Shown: positions 1 through 9,341 of the stretch, piece after piece
Layout: every line of letters begins with the position of its first letter
Position numbering within the stretch: the first letter of the stretch is position 1
Assembly: GCF_013177435.1 (NCBI RefSeq)
Contig: NZ_CP053627.1
Span: 870,001 to 902,000 of the forward strand
DNA from: Xylella taiwanensis
Lineage (GTDB): Bacteria; Pseudomonadota; Gammaproteobacteria; Xanthomonadales; Xanthomonadaceae
DNA length: 32,000 nt
Reading direction: 5' to 3'
Notes under the pieces: generated by a model
Databases searched by the model: none
Seen by the model: the letters and a program-made list of their open reading frames with translations, nothing else
What the model was told of the DNA's origin: nothing
Position numbers and translations under genes: made by a program

Positions 1-1218
1 ACGGCAGTGTTGGGACCGGAAGGGCGTACTGTAGAAGTACAAATCCGCACGCACGAAATGCACGCACACGCTGAATTGGGTGTGGCTGCACACTGGAAAT
101 ATAAAGAGGGTGGCAAAGGTACGGAAACGGCCTTTGATCGCAAGATCATCTGGATGCGGCAGCTGTTAGAGCATGCTCAGGATGGTGAATCTGGCGAGTT
201 GGCAGAGGCGCTAGATACGGAGTTGATTGAGGACCGGGTTTACGCGTTAACCCCTAAAGGCGAGGTAATCGATGTGCCGCAGGGCGCGACGCCCCTGGAC
301 TTTGCTTATCACGTGCACACGATGGTGGGTCATCGCTGCCGGGGGGCGAAAGTGAACGGTCGCATTGTGCCGCTGACTTACCGCCTGCGCAGTGGCGATC
401 GTGTGGAGATCTTGACTGCGAAGGAAGCCAACCCCCATCGCGACTGGCTACTTCGCGCGAATGGTTTTCTGGCCAGTGGCCGCTCGCGTGACAAGGTGAG
501 CGCTTGGTTCAATAAGATTGAGCGGGTGCGCAACGTGCAGACCGGCAAGGATTTGCTTGACCGTGAGCTCAGACGGTTGGGACATCAGCACGCTGATCTT
601 GGTCCTATCGCCCGACGTTTCCATGCCGATAGTGTGGATGATTTGTATGTCCAGATCGCGCTTGGTGACACCGGACCGAATCAGGTGAGCCGTGCGTTGC
701 TGGAAACTGAGCGTGTTGTTCCACTTGCGTCACTGACACGGCCAGGGAGCACGCGTGATGGCCTTGGCAAATCAATGTTCACTGTGCAGGGCGTGAGCAA
801 TGTATTGGTGCAACTGGCTCGTTGTTGTCAGCCGGTGGCTGGCGAGATGATCGCCGGTTACTTGACCCGAAGCCGCGGGGTCACCGTACATCGTGCTGAC
901 TGTGCTGTACTGATGCGCTTGAGTGCTATGCATCCGCAGCGGGTGTTATCGGTTGAATGGGGCAGTCAGCCCGGTGGCAGTTATGAAGTTGGGATTTTGG
1001 TGCGTGCGGTAAACCGGCGTTGGTTGCTGAAGGACATCACCGATGTGATTGCACAAGAGGATGCGCATATGCTGGAAATGAGTAGCGATACGGTTCGCGA
1101 CAGCAGTTATCTTCGGTTGCGGATGCGGCTGAAGGTCAGTGATCATAGCCAATTGGCGGCGTTGTTGAGCAAATTGGATGGACTCTCCGGTGTCAATGAG
1201 GTGCGGAGGATGGGCTAA
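1..1218 (+). CDS. relA: GTP pyrophosphokinase RelA, C-terminal ~405 codons (5' end lies left of the window)
   Basis: Frame 1 is open from base 1; the ORF track starts it at an internal GTG at 7. Contains the RelA/SpoT synthetase motif VEVQIRTHEMHAHAELGVAAHWKYKE, a TGS domain (VYALTPKGEVIDVPQGATPLDFAYHVHTMVGHRCRGAKVNGRIVPL) and a C-terminal ACT-like domain. HWKYKEG favours RelA over SpoT. Confidence 0.85.
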   Translation, partial: TAVLGPEGRTVEVQIRTHEMHAHAELGVAAHWKYKEGGKGTETAFDRKIIWMRQLLEHAQDGESGELAEALDTELIEDRVYALTPKGEVIDVPQGATPLDFAYHVHTMVGHRCRGAKVNGRIVPLTYRLRSGDRVEILTAKEANPHRDWLLRANGFLASGRSRDKVSAWFNKIERVRNVQTGKDLLDRELRRLGHQHADLGPIARRFHADSVDDLYVQIALGDTGPNQVSRALLETERVVPLASLTRPGSTRDGLGKSMFTVQGVSNVLVQLARCCQPVAGEMIAGYLTRSRGVTVHRADCAVLMRLSAMHPQRVLSVEWGSQPGGSYEVGILVRAVNRRWLLKDITDVIAQEDAHMLEMSSDTVRDSSYLRLRMRLKVSDHSQLAALLSKLDGLSGVNEVRRMG

Positions 1219-1239
1219 GGCTACAGTAGGGCATGTATG

Positions 1240-1302
1240 TCACTGTCATTGCGACGTTTATGCTTAGAATTCCGAGGGTCATTGTTCACTGTCAGGACGT
1301 TT
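1240..1302 (+). repeat. Imperfect direct repeat TCACTGTCA(TTGC/G)GACGTTT, two copies 46 bp apart, in the relA to TPR-gene spacer
   Basis: Copy A is 1240-1259 (TCACTGTCATTGCGACGTTT). Copy B is 1286-1302 (TCACTGTCAGGACGTTT). GTCATTG also recurs at 1245-1251 and 1278-1284. The repeats lie 21-83 nt upstream of ATG 1323. Confidence 0.5.
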
Positions 1303-1322
1303 TGAGCTAAGGAATCGGCTTC

Positions 1323-2834
1323 ATGTTCCTTCCATTCCTACCTCGGCTCCGTTCGCGCCTGTTTGGTCTGTCGCGACAGTGTTCTATTTGGCATGCGTTG
1401 CTGGCTGGGACACTGCTGCTCGGTTTGGCAATGCTGGTGTTAAGCAAACCATTGGCCGATTGGGTTTTGCCGGATAGCCGGATCCAGCAGTTGTTGCAGC
1501 GTGGTGAGGCAGCACTTGCTCAGGGCTATCTCAGTGCGTCTGATGGCAGTGGTGCACGTGATCTGTTTGAGACCGCGAAAGCATTGGATGGTGATCGCCA
1601 TGAGGCGCGGGATGGTTTGTTGCGTACCGGACAGGCGGCGTTAGTACAGGCGCGTATTGCGTTTGATCGTGGTCAGCTTGACGTGGCTGAACGTTATTTG
1701 CGTCTGGCGCGTGAGCTGCAGATGCCGCAAGAGCAGGTCGATGCGCTGGAGCGTATCGTGCGTCGGCGTCAAGCCGAGCATGCTGGTCTTGATCAATTGC
1801 TCGTTCGGGCCGAGGAGGCTTACGCTGCTGGACGTCTGGAAGGTGATTCACACAGCGCACTGCCGTTGTACCAGCGGGTGTTGGAGTTGGTTCCGGGGCT
1901 GGCTCGTGCTTTGGAAGGACGTGAGGATGTACTGACTGAATTGTTGCGCCAAGCGTACGTTGATCTGGAACGTGGCCGGTTGGATGCTGCGGCTGCCAAG
2001 CTTGATGCGGCACAGCGTTACGATCCGGGACACGTGGACTTGCCGCAGACGCAGGACTTGTTCAACCGCGCGATAGATGTCCATTTGCGCCGGGCAGTTG
2101 GATTATTGCGGCGTGGCCGGTTGGCACCTGCGGCTCGCGACTTTGGGACGGTGCTGGCAGTGCGTCCTGAGCAGAGCGACGCGCGGCGCGGATTGGAGCA
2201 AGTGGTGGAGAAATATGTGGCGCAGGCTGGACGTGAGGCGGCTGAATTCCGTTTCGAGCATGCTGAAGTGTCGCTGGCACGCGCACGTGCTTTGTTGCCT
2301 GGTCAAGTCTCGATCCATCTAGCTGAGCAGGCGTTGCAGCGTGCCCGTCAAACTCAGAGCTCAGCACAGCCAAAACTATCCAAAGTTACGCGTGAGCGGC
2401 ATTTGTGTGAATTAATGGGACGCTTCGAGGTGGCCGAGAGTCGGCAGGAGTGGCTGGCTCCGCCCGGTGTCAGTGCTTATGATCAGGTGCGCGCTGCCCA
2501 AGCGATTGCACCGGGAGATGTACGTGTACAGGGGGCTGCACAGCGCATGCTGGTGGCTATGCGTGCCTGTTTTGAGGGTGAACTCAGCCGCAATCGATTG
2601 CAGAGTGCTCAGACATGTCTGGATGCTTGGCAGGCGATTGATGGTCAGGATGGGGCTTTGTCAGTGGCCAGAAGGCGCTTGGCACAGCGTTGGATTGGGA
2701 TTGGGAGCGAGCGTTTTGGTGGAGGTGATATCACTTTCGCGCGCCGGGCCTTGGAACAGGCGCGGCGCTGGGATCCGCATATTCCGGAGTTAGATGAATT
2801 CGCGCGGCGCGTTGATCTTGCTTCGCAGCGTTGA
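1323..2834 (+). CDS. Membrane-anchored helical-repeat (TPR/Sel1-like) protein of unknown function
   Basis: 503-aa ORF with AAGGA 9 nt upstream of the ATG. N-terminal hydrophobic anchor (ALLAGTLLLGLAMLVL). The rest is A/L/R/E/Q-rich repeated helical sequence. No specific family recognised. Confidence 0.7.
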   Translation: MFLPFLPRLRSRLFGLSRQCSIWHALLAGTLLLGLAMLVLSKPLADWVLPDSRIQQLLQRGEAALAQGYLSASDGSGARDLFETAKALDGDRHEARDGLLRTGQAALVQARIAFDRGQLDVAERYLRLARELQMPQEQVDALERIVRRRQAEHAGLDQLLVRAEEAYAAGRLEGDSHSALPLYQRVLELVPGLARALEGREDVLTELLRQAYVDLERGRLDAAAAKLDAAQRYDPGHVDLPQTQDLFNRAIDVHLRRAVGLLRRGRLAPAARDFGTVLAVRPEQSDARRGLEQVVEKYVAQAGREAAEFRFEHAEVSLARARALLPGQVSIHLAEQALQRARQTQSSAQPKLSKVTRERHLCELMGRFEVAESRQEWLAPPGVSAYDQVRAAQAIAPGDVRVQGAAQRMLVAMRACFEGELSRNRLQSAQTCLDAWQAIDGQDGALSVARRRLAQRWIGIGSERFGGGDITFARRALEQARRWDPHIPELDEFARRVDLASQR

Positions 2835-2899
2835 GGTGTGGACAGGAGCTCGCAGTGACCTCGTTGCTGTTCCTGCTTCAGGTGCTTGATGAGAGCGAT

Positions 2900-3160
2900 T
2901 CAACCTTCTGGTTGGGTTTGATCTAAGTGCCATTTTTCTTGGCTTAGGTGATTGATCTTGCCTGGATGTGCAGTATCGGTATCCCAGGCCCCAATCACTC
3001 TCTTCCTGTTCCAGGTTAGGTTAATGTCGTTTTTCCGTAAAGATTTCCACGAAAGCGGTGTTCCATACGATGAGATATTTATTTTTTCCGTATCTTTACT
3101 GTGTTCATTTGTGATGAATGCGTAGGTGCGCGTGCTTCGCCATCTGTCGATGGATTCCAC
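2900..3160 (-). CDS. Hypothetical small protein (86 aa, GTG start), doubtful
   Basis: ORF in an AT-richer patch, same strand as and 125 nt downstream of the HExxH ORF. The frame is open upstream to about 3245 but contains no ATG. No family recognised. Confidence 0.2.
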   Translation of the reverse strand: MESIDRWRSTRTYAFITNEHSKDTEKINISSYGTPLSWKSLRKNDINLTWNRKRVIGAWDTDTAHPGKINHLSQEKWHLDQTQPEG

Positions 3161-3285
3161 TTGCAGTACTAAGTTGCCTTGTTTCAGCCCTGTGCTTCCG
3201 CTTGATGTACATCTTGTCCGGTGCAGTGCTGACGATGGTGGAGGCTATCAAAGGTGGATGAGTGTTTTATTGGCTGGATTGAAAT

Positions 3286-3789
3286 TCATATGTTGAGTAA
3301 GCCTCTTGCTTTTAGCCAGTCGTATGCGTTGTCAGCATCCTGTTCGAACCATGCCCGAGTTGACCCAAGCCGGTACGTATATCCCCAAACATCCATATCG
3401 TGCATGAGCCGGTCGCGACCGATTTCGGGGAGGGCATCAGCCAGTAATATTTGTAAATAGCAGGTCGCATCTTCTTCTTCGCTTGAATTAGTTGCGTTGG
3501 TATGCACCGTGGCGCGCTGTTCTGGCGGTAATACGATCAGGTGGCATGCCTCATGCAGCATCGAGTGCACCGGTGTGTCGCTGCGTACGTAGACGTCACA
3601 ACCAATGATGCCGGCTTCTGGTTCACCCCAGTAGCTGCCGGGGATTGGAGCTCCGTCCTCAATGAGGTGCAAGTGCAGGCCATAACGTGCAAGCAACTCG
3701 ATGGCACCGGTGAGCGCAATCTGTCCGACACGGGACACACTCGCCGATGCGTTGGGTGTGGTCTGAGAAGTGGGCAATGTGGAAGGCAT
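3286..3789 (-). CDS. Conserved-looking hypothetical protein with an HExxH (HEACH) metallopeptidase-like motif
   Basis: 167-aa ORF, 60 nt downstream of minE on the same strand. Motif SMLHEACHLIV followed by an acidic stretch (SSEEEDATCY). No obvious Shine-Dalgarno at ATG 3789, so the start is uncertain. Confidence 0.6.
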   Translation of the reverse strand: MPSTLPTSQTTPNASASVSRVGQIALTGAIELLARYGLHLHLIEDGAPIPGSYWGEPEAGIIGCDVYVRSDTPVHSMLHEACHLIVLPPEQRATVHTNATNSSEEEDATCYLQILLADALPEIGRDRLMHDMDVWGYTYRLGSTRAWFEQDADNAYDWLKARGLLNI

Positions 3790-3849
3790 CCAGGGTTTCT
3801 GGGAAATGGTAGGTTTGACGGTATTTGCGGAAACGGGAAGATGCCTGGT

Positions 3850-4107
3850 TCAGCGTTCTGAATCGTCGGGCAGTGCTACTGATATGTCGAGGACGTCATT
3901 AGCGCCGTCCTTGATTAAGTCGACTTTCACCGCATCGGCATCGATCTTTACGTATTTTTTGATGACTTCCAGCAGTTCACGCTGTAGCAGTGGCAGGTAA
4001 TCGGGGCCACCACGCTTGGTGCGTTCCTGCGCGATAATAATTTGCAGGCGGTTCTTCGCTGTTTCGGCGGTTTTTGTCTTGTTTCTTAGAAAATCGATCA
4101 GACCCAT
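3850..4107 (-). CDS. minE: Cell division topological specificity factor MinE
   Basis: 85 aa, [30 protein letters not shown]..., a typical MinE N-terminus. The start is 2 nt after the minD stop. Confidence 0.95.
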   Translation of the reverse strand: MGLIDFLRNKTKTAETAKNRLQIIIAQERTKRGGPDYLPLLQRELLEVIKKYVKIDADAVKVDLIKDGANDVLDISVALPDDSER

Positions 4108-4109
4108 GC

Positions 4110-4919
4110 TTAACCCCCGAACAGCTTACTGAAGAAGCTCTTTTTTTCCACAGTGGTGAAGCGCATTGGGTGATCTTCGCCCAGGATGCGGCCAACGGCG
4201 TCTTCGTAGGCTAGGCCGGCTGAGGAGTCGTTGTCCAGGATTACAGGCTCACCTTTGTTGGAGGCGTTAAGCACGTCGCCTGATTCGGGGATGACGCCGA
4301 TTGCTTTCAGTCCGAGGACTTCCTCGACGTCGGTAATGCTGAGCATCTCACCACTTTCTACGCGTGTTGGGCTATAACGGGTCAGCAGCAGTGTGGTGAC
4401 TACGCTGCTACCGGTCTCGGCTTTCTTAGTTTTGGAATCAAGTAGCCCGATGATGCGATCTGAGTCGCGCACGGAGGATACTTCCGGGTTGACCACGACG
4501 ACTGCACGGTCGGCAAAGTACATCGCCAGGTAGGCCCCTTTTTCGATACCGGCCGGTGAATCGCAGAAGATGAAGTCGAAGCCTTCCGCATCCAGATCTT
4601 TGAGCACTTTCTCCACACCTTCCTTGGTCAATGCGTCCTTGTCGCGGGTTTGGGAGGCGGCCAGCACATACAGGTTATCGAAGCGCTTGTCCTTGATGAG
4701 TGCCTGCTTGAGTGTGGCTTCGCCATGTATCACGTTGACGAAGTCGTATACTACACGGCGTTCGCAGCCCATGATGAGGTCAAGGTTGCGCAGCCCAACG
4801 TCGAAGTCAATCGCTGCAACCTTCTTGCCGCGTCGTGCCAATCCGCAGGCTAAGCTTGCACTGGTAGTGGTTTTACCGACGCCGCCCTTGCCGGAAGTGA
4901 TTACGATAATTTCAGCCAA
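4110..4919 (-). CDS. minD: Septum site-determining ATPase MinD
   Basis: 269 aa with the deviant Walker A motif [10 protein letters not shown] and a C-terminal amphipathic helix ([11 protein letters not shown]). Confidence 0.97.
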   Translation of the reverse strand: MAEIIVITSGKGGVGKTTTSASLACGLARRGKKVAAIDFDVGLRNLDLIMGCERRVVYDFVNVIHGEATLKQALIKDKRFDNLYVLAASQTRDKDALTKEGVEKVLKDLDAEGFDFIFCDSPAGIEKGAYLAMYFADRAVVVVNPEVSSVRDSDRIIGLLDSKTKKAETGSSVVTTLLLTRYSPTRVESGEMLSITDVEEVLGLKAIGVIPESGDVLNASNKGEPVILDNDSSAGLAYEDAVGRILGEDHPMRFTTVEKKSFFSKLFGG

Positions 4920-4955
4920 AGGACTTCTCCTGATACGTTCTGTGGTTAGGCTGTG

Positions 4956-5684
4956 TCAATCCAACACAGCAATTTTGATCTGATCTTGTTCCAGCCAGAC
5001 CTGGACAGCCTTACCACGTAGTTCTGTGGGGATATCGTCCAGCACCTTGTATTGGCCCGCAATGGCGATCAATTCTGCTTGAAAATCCCGGCAAAATATT
5101 CGCATTTCGGTGTTGCCCCGGGCGCCGGCCATGGCACGGCCGCGTAGGGTCCCATAAATGTGAATGCTACCATCGGCGATTACTTCAGCACCGGCGCCGA
5201 CTGTATTCAGGATGGTCAAATCGCAGTGTTCTGCATACAGTTGCTGGCCTGAGCGCACTGTGGTGTGCTGTATTCGGCTAGCTTTGGCAGGTGGCGGCGT
5301 GGGTGGTGTTGATGGTGGTGGTGCAGCGACTGTTTCCTGACGCTCGTAATGGGCACGAAACTTGGACAGTAGCGGTAATCCGAGTTGTTGCGACAGCAGG
5401 TCAATTTCACTGGTTCCATAAGCAATGGCTACTGGCAGCACGTTGACTCCGCGTAGGCCTTCCACCAGTGCTTGTGCAGTGACCAAGTCTGGGGTTTTTG
5501 CGAGTTCTCCGAAGTCCAGGATCACGGCGGTACGTTTGAAGAGCTTGGGTGCGCGCGTTACCCGATCACACATCTCCTGAATTAGGCGTGATACGTTCAG
5601 GGTGCGGATCCGCAAAGTGGCAATACCCACTTGGCCGATTTTCAGTTCACCGGCTTGCTCGAAGTCCATGTTCACACTCGACAT
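4956..5684 (-). CDS. minC: Septum site-determining protein MinC
   Basis: The ORF track gives 278 aa from 5792, but that start overlaps the upstream GNAT gene. ATG 5684 (MSSVNMDFEQAGELKIGQVG...) lies 14 nt after the GNAT stop and is preceded by GGAAAG. The C-terminal MinC beta-helix region GAEVIADGSIHIYGTLRGRAMAGARGN is present. Confidence 0.9.
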   Translation of the reverse strand: MSSVNMDFEQAGELKIGQVGIATLRIRTLNVSRLIQEMCDRVTRAPKLFKRTAVILDFGELAKTPDLVTAQALVEGLRGVNVLPVAIAYGTSEIDLLSQQLGLPLLSKFRAHYERQETVAAPPPSTPPTPPPAKASRIQHTTVRSGQQLYAEHCDLTILNTVGAGAEVIADGSIHIYGTLRGRAMAGARGNTEMRIFCRDFQAELIAIAGQYKVLDDIPTELRGKAVQVWLEQDQIKIAVLD

Positions 5685-5698
5685 GCTTAACTTTCCGC

Positions 5699-6277
5699 CT
5701 AGTTGGGTGTGGCGATATGGCGTTTCCGGCCTACCCAGGGGAGGTTCGGAAGCTTGTCGCCGTAGGTCTCTTGGATCCAGGGGTAGCTGCACATCTCTTT
5801 CATCAGCATGCTGGCACGCACATCGATATCAGTCATCGTGTTCTGCCCGATCTCGTGGAAACCGAAGCTGCCGTGGAATAACAATGCTGCCTCGGCACCG
5901 TGGTCCAGAAATACCTCGCAGGCCAGATATGGATAGCGCAATTCGGCGTAGCTGTGTACGTCTGCATACAATGCCCGACCGACACCACCGCCACGACGGC
6001 GGCTGGTGACTACGATACGGTCGATATAGAAAAAGTTCTCGTAGCGTTCGCGAAACCAAGCAAAATTGCTACTACTGTGCTGGCTTGTGCTACCAAACCC
6101 GACCAAAAAACCAGCCAGATTGCTGTCACGCTCGGCCACACGGAAGTATTCAGCGGTTTTGTAGAAACGGCGAAGTTCAGAAAGATCTAGAGGTAAGATC
6201 GCTAATCCGGCGTCATTGTTCAGAGCCAGTACGGCATCGAGTTCAGACTCACGCACGTCGCGGATGAGAATCGGCAT
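5699..6277 (-). CDS. GNAT-family N-acetyltransferase
   Basis: Acetyl-CoA binding motif RRRGGGVGRALY. ATG 6277 (MPILIRDVRESE...) has GGAG 5 nt upstream, so it is preferred over the ORF-track start at 6304. Confidence 0.8.
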   Translation of the reverse strand: MPILIRDVRESELDAVLALNNDAGLAILPLDLSELRRFYKTAEYFRVAERDSNLAGFLVGFGSTSQHSSSNFAWFRERYENFFYIDRIVVTSRRRGGGVGRALYADVHSYAELRYPYLACEVFLDHGAEAALLFHGSFGFHEIGQNTMTDIDVRASMLMKEMCSYPWIQETYGDKLPNLPWVGRKRHIATPN

Positions 6278-7020
6278 TAAGACTCCGTGGTGTAGCGTGG
6301 TCAATCCGGATTGCTGGATCCAGTGCAGATTATGACATGTGTGGCCTTAGCGTGGCACGCGGTAGATGATAACGATGCGTCTGAACTTAGCAGTACTTGG
6401 GTACATCGCCGGTGGATAGACATCAGGAATATGTGTGCCACGTGTATCGCTTTGAACGGGTTGCTCGTGAGTGATGTGTGTAAGGTGATCGGTCATCTAT
6501 GCCAGGGTTGGCGATCGGCCAGCGATCAGATCGCAGCGTTGGATTTGCCTGCTGTGAAGCGGTATTCGTTTGGATATCGTTATGCTGTCGATTGCCGAGA
6601 ACCTAGAGTATGCCCAGGTGCTGTTTGGTGTTGTCCCGGAATCATCGTCAACGAGGTATGCCGTGACTGCGATCCGTTGGAATGCGGTAGGCGTCACCAG
6701 GGGTGGTGCAGTTATTCATCATAGTTCGAGCAACAGATGGGTTTATGGGGAGATTGGCCAAGTCCAGTATTGCTGGTGATTTGCATCCAGGCAGTACATT
6801 TTCAATGTTGGTTTGTGTTCACCTAATCCAGGCTATGCATCAAGATGTTTTTGGCTAGGTGTCGTTGCCGATGCCGCACTATGCTAGCTGGCAGTGGTCT
6901 ATCACATCCTCAAGCCAATACCGTGTACATCGGTACACAAGTGCAATGATATTGCAGAAATAGCTGACCTTAATCATCAATCATCCAGCCCGGTATTGTG
7001 ATGAGTGCCGTGGCAGGGAT

Positions 7021-7066
7021 CATTGGTTGAGTTGCTACGCACGGTGGTTGCTGCAATCAACCATTG
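7021..7066. repeat. Imperfect inverted repeat (13 bp stem, one mismatch, one bulge, 17-nt loop)
   Basis: CATTGGTTGAGTTGC (7021-7035) pairs with GCAATCAACCATTG (7053-7066). It lies about 130-170 nt upstream of the 7193 gene. Confidence 0.4.
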
Positions 7067-7192
7067 CTGATGTGGGATTTCAGTGCAATCTTGCTCGGCA
7101 GGGTGGCTGAACATCTAGAGTGAAGCCTGCTACGATGCGTAGCTTGATATTCAATTAACCCGGCCGTGGCATCGGTCTCCGGAGATTGCTGA

Positions 7193-8365
7193 ATGATTCG
7201 TGCCCGTATCACCGAGTTCTTGATCGCGTTGGGAATTGTGGCTGCTTTGTTTCTTGGGGTGGGGTTGGCTTTGCCTGCGGAACGTCACATGGCCGAGAGC
7301 ATCGGGACTAACCGTAAGATGACGATCGTATACGACACGGTAAACAGTTTCCGCCGTTTCAAGGACTGGAATCCATTGTTGTTGCGTGATCCAAAAATCC
7401 AAATCAAGCTGGCTGGCCCAGAATCGGGTAAAGGAGCCCGTGTTGAGTACAATTCCGATCAAAGCTACATCGGCAGCGGCAGCTGGGAGATCGTCAACAG
7501 TGTGAAGAATGAGCGCGTTGAGATTGCAATCCAGGATGCAACCAGGGGTTACGACAAGGTGACGACGTTTACTTTGCAGCCTACCGGTAAAAACAACCGT
7601 AATGTCCAAATCACCCAGGACTACAACGTCAAGTACGGGTTCAACCTGTTTGGTCGCTATGCTGGTCTGTATGTGAGCCGCCATGTGGGTGAAGATTTGA
7701 AATTGGGGTTGTTACGTTTGTCTAACATTCTGGCCGGCGTGCCAAACGTCGATTACCGTGCTGAGCTGGATGGCAAGTTGGCCATAACCGGTCTGAAAAT
7801 CGTCAATGTACCTGCTGAGGATCTGCTGGTTGTCAACGCAGGTAATATTGACCGTCAAAACGACACCATTAAGAAGTCAATCAAAGATAACCAGGAATGG
7901 ATCAAGCGCGTTATGGATGCTAATGGCTTGGAGCCATCTGCCCCGATCCGCATTGTCACGACTGATTTTGCTCAGTACAAATATGCCTTTGATGTGGTTC
8001 AACCGGTGCGTAAGAAGGTCGGTGGTAAACCCAACGATGCTAAGTCCAAGACAGATGGCAAAGGAAAAAAGAAACCTCAAGAGCGGGCGGCTGATGCGCA
8101 CATGGTTTCCACAGGTGGCACGCTGAAGGTCGTTATCCCTGCCGGTGCTCCGGTCAAATACGTGCATACCAAACCGCACCATTCTGCTTCTGCCTCTTAC
8201 ACCGGCCATATGGCAGGATTGGATACTACCCGTAATGCGCTGCGGGCATGGGCTGTCACCTCAGGCTACGACGTTGTTGACCGTCCCTATGAGTCCTGGA
8301 AGAGGGGCGTGGACAAGGCGTTTACCCAAGATGGGAGCTATGATCTGTATTGGGCGATTAAGTGA
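7193..8365 (+). CDS. SRPBCC (polyketide cyclase/START-like) domain protein with a C-terminal GyrI-like domain and an N-terminal membrane anchor
   Basis: 390-aa ORF with GGAG 9 nt upstream of the ATG. TM helix FLIALGIVAALFLGVGLAL. The N-terminal half resembles Polyketide_cyc2-type proteins. A Lys-rich linker is followed by a C-terminal GyrI-like region (ASYTGHMAGLDTTRNALRAWAVTSGYDVVDRPYESW). Confidence 0.8.
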   Translation: MIRARITEFLIALGIVAALFLGVGLALPAERHMAESIGTNRKMTIVYDTVNSFRRFKDWNPLLLRDPKIQIKLAGPESGKGARVEYNSDQSYIGSGSWEIVNSVKNERVEIAIQDATRGYDKVTTFTLQPTGKNNRNVQITQDYNVKYGFNLFGRYAGLYVSRHVGEDLKLGLLRLSNILAGVPNVDYRAELDGKLAITGLKIVNVPAEDLLVVNAGNIDRQNDTIKKSIKDNQEWIKRVMDANGLEPSAPIRIVTTDFAQYKYAFDVVQPVRKKVGGKPNDAKSKTDGKGKKKPQERAADAHMVSTGGTLKVVIPAGAPVKYVHTKPHHSASASYTGHMAGLDTTRNALRAWAVTSGYDVVDRPYESWKRGVDKAFTQDGSYDLYWAIK

Positions 8366-8397
8366 TCGGTTGTAACGCCATGTATTGATGTTGTTAG

Positions 8398-8426
8398 AAC
8401 GTGCTGCTGAGTGCGGCACGTTTTTT
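8398..8426 (+). terminator. Rho-independent terminator of the SRPBCC gene
   Basis: AACGTGCTGC / GCGGCACGTT, a 10-bp stem with one G-U pair and a 5-nt loop, followed by a T-run that continues from the stem through 8421-8426. It lies 33 nt after the stop codon. Confidence 0.65.
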
Positions 8427-8669
8427 CAACCGTTCTATTTGCCTATGCCGCCCACGGGGCGGTGTTGGTTGTGTTTGTTAATTCCGGATAACACCTCCTG
8501 ATATGGGTTGGCTTGGCTTGCATTGCGGATTGGAACCCTGCTGTTTTCCGTCGGTCTGTGGGTCGCTGCGTTGTGGCAGGTCTTGATTCGGATGGTCCAG
8601 CTCTGCAGCATCTGTGATGCTTGCTCGCAGGATGCTGCTAATGATCGATAAACTGAGGCGCTTAAGTGC

Positions 8670-9341
8670 ATGGCTTGGTACCCACGTGGTTTCGACGTTG
8701 CGGCGGCCTACGATCATCTGTACCACTGCGACCCAGGGTTGTCTGCGTGGATGCAGCGTCTTGGTCCGTTGCCAGCCCTGGAAGGCTGGCGTAAGCCGTT
8801 CAATCTGGTTGATGTCCTGGCCAGAGCGATTCTGTTTCAGCAACTCAGTGGTAAGGCTGCTTCGACCATCGTCGGTCGTGTTGAGGTTGCCATTGGTAGC
8901 AACTGTTTATATGCTGACACACTTGCGTGCATCGACGATGCTGCCCTGCGTACCTGTGGTGTCTCCGGCAACAAGATCCTGGCTTTACGCGATCTCATGC
9001 GGCGTGAAGTTGCAGGCGAGCTGCCCAGTGTGCGGCAGATGGGGTGGATGCACCATCACACCATCGTTGAGACATTAATGGCGATTCGTGGCATCGGTCG
9101 TTGGACCGTCGAGATGATGTTGATATTCCGTCTTGGCCGTCCTGATGTACTGCCGGTGGACGATCTGGGGGTACGCAAGGGTGCTCAGCGTGTGGATGGC
9201 CTTGCTTGCGTCCCGACCTCAAAGGCGTTATTGACTCGCGGCGAATGCTGGGGACCTTACCGCACCTATGCCGGACTGTATCTATGGCGGATTGCCGGGT
9301 TTCATGAAGGAGCGGTGGTGCCTGGTCGTTCGCAGGACTAG
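8670..9341 (+). CDS. DNA-3-methyladenine glycosylase II family protein (AlkA-type HhH-GPD)
   Basis: 223 aa. HhH-GPD signature LMAIRGIGRWTVEMMLIFRLGRPDVLPVDDLGVRKG, including the catalytic-type Asp. Confidence 0.85.
   Translation: MAWYPRGFDVAAAYDHLYHCDPGLSAWMQRLGPLPALEGWRKPFNLVDVLARAILFQQLSGKAASTIVGRVEVAIGSNCLYADTLACIDDAALRTCGVSGNKILALRDLMRREVAGELPSVRQMGWMHHHTIVETLMAIRGIGRWTVEMMLIFRLGRPDVLPVDDLGVRKGAQRVDGLACVPTSKALLTRGECWGPYRTYAGLYLWRIAGFHEGAVVPGRSQD

Noticed and set aside
1531-2013. 160-aa minus-strand ORF inside the TPR-like gene
   Set aside because: It is antisense, His/Pro-rich, and has no start context. The plus-strand 503-aa frame is continuous and repeat-structured.
6311-6724. 137-aa plus-strand ORF
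   Set aside because: It has very high Cys and Trp content and no Shine-Dalgarno. The only protein-like stretches in this gap are split between frames. I treat it as non-coding or decayed.
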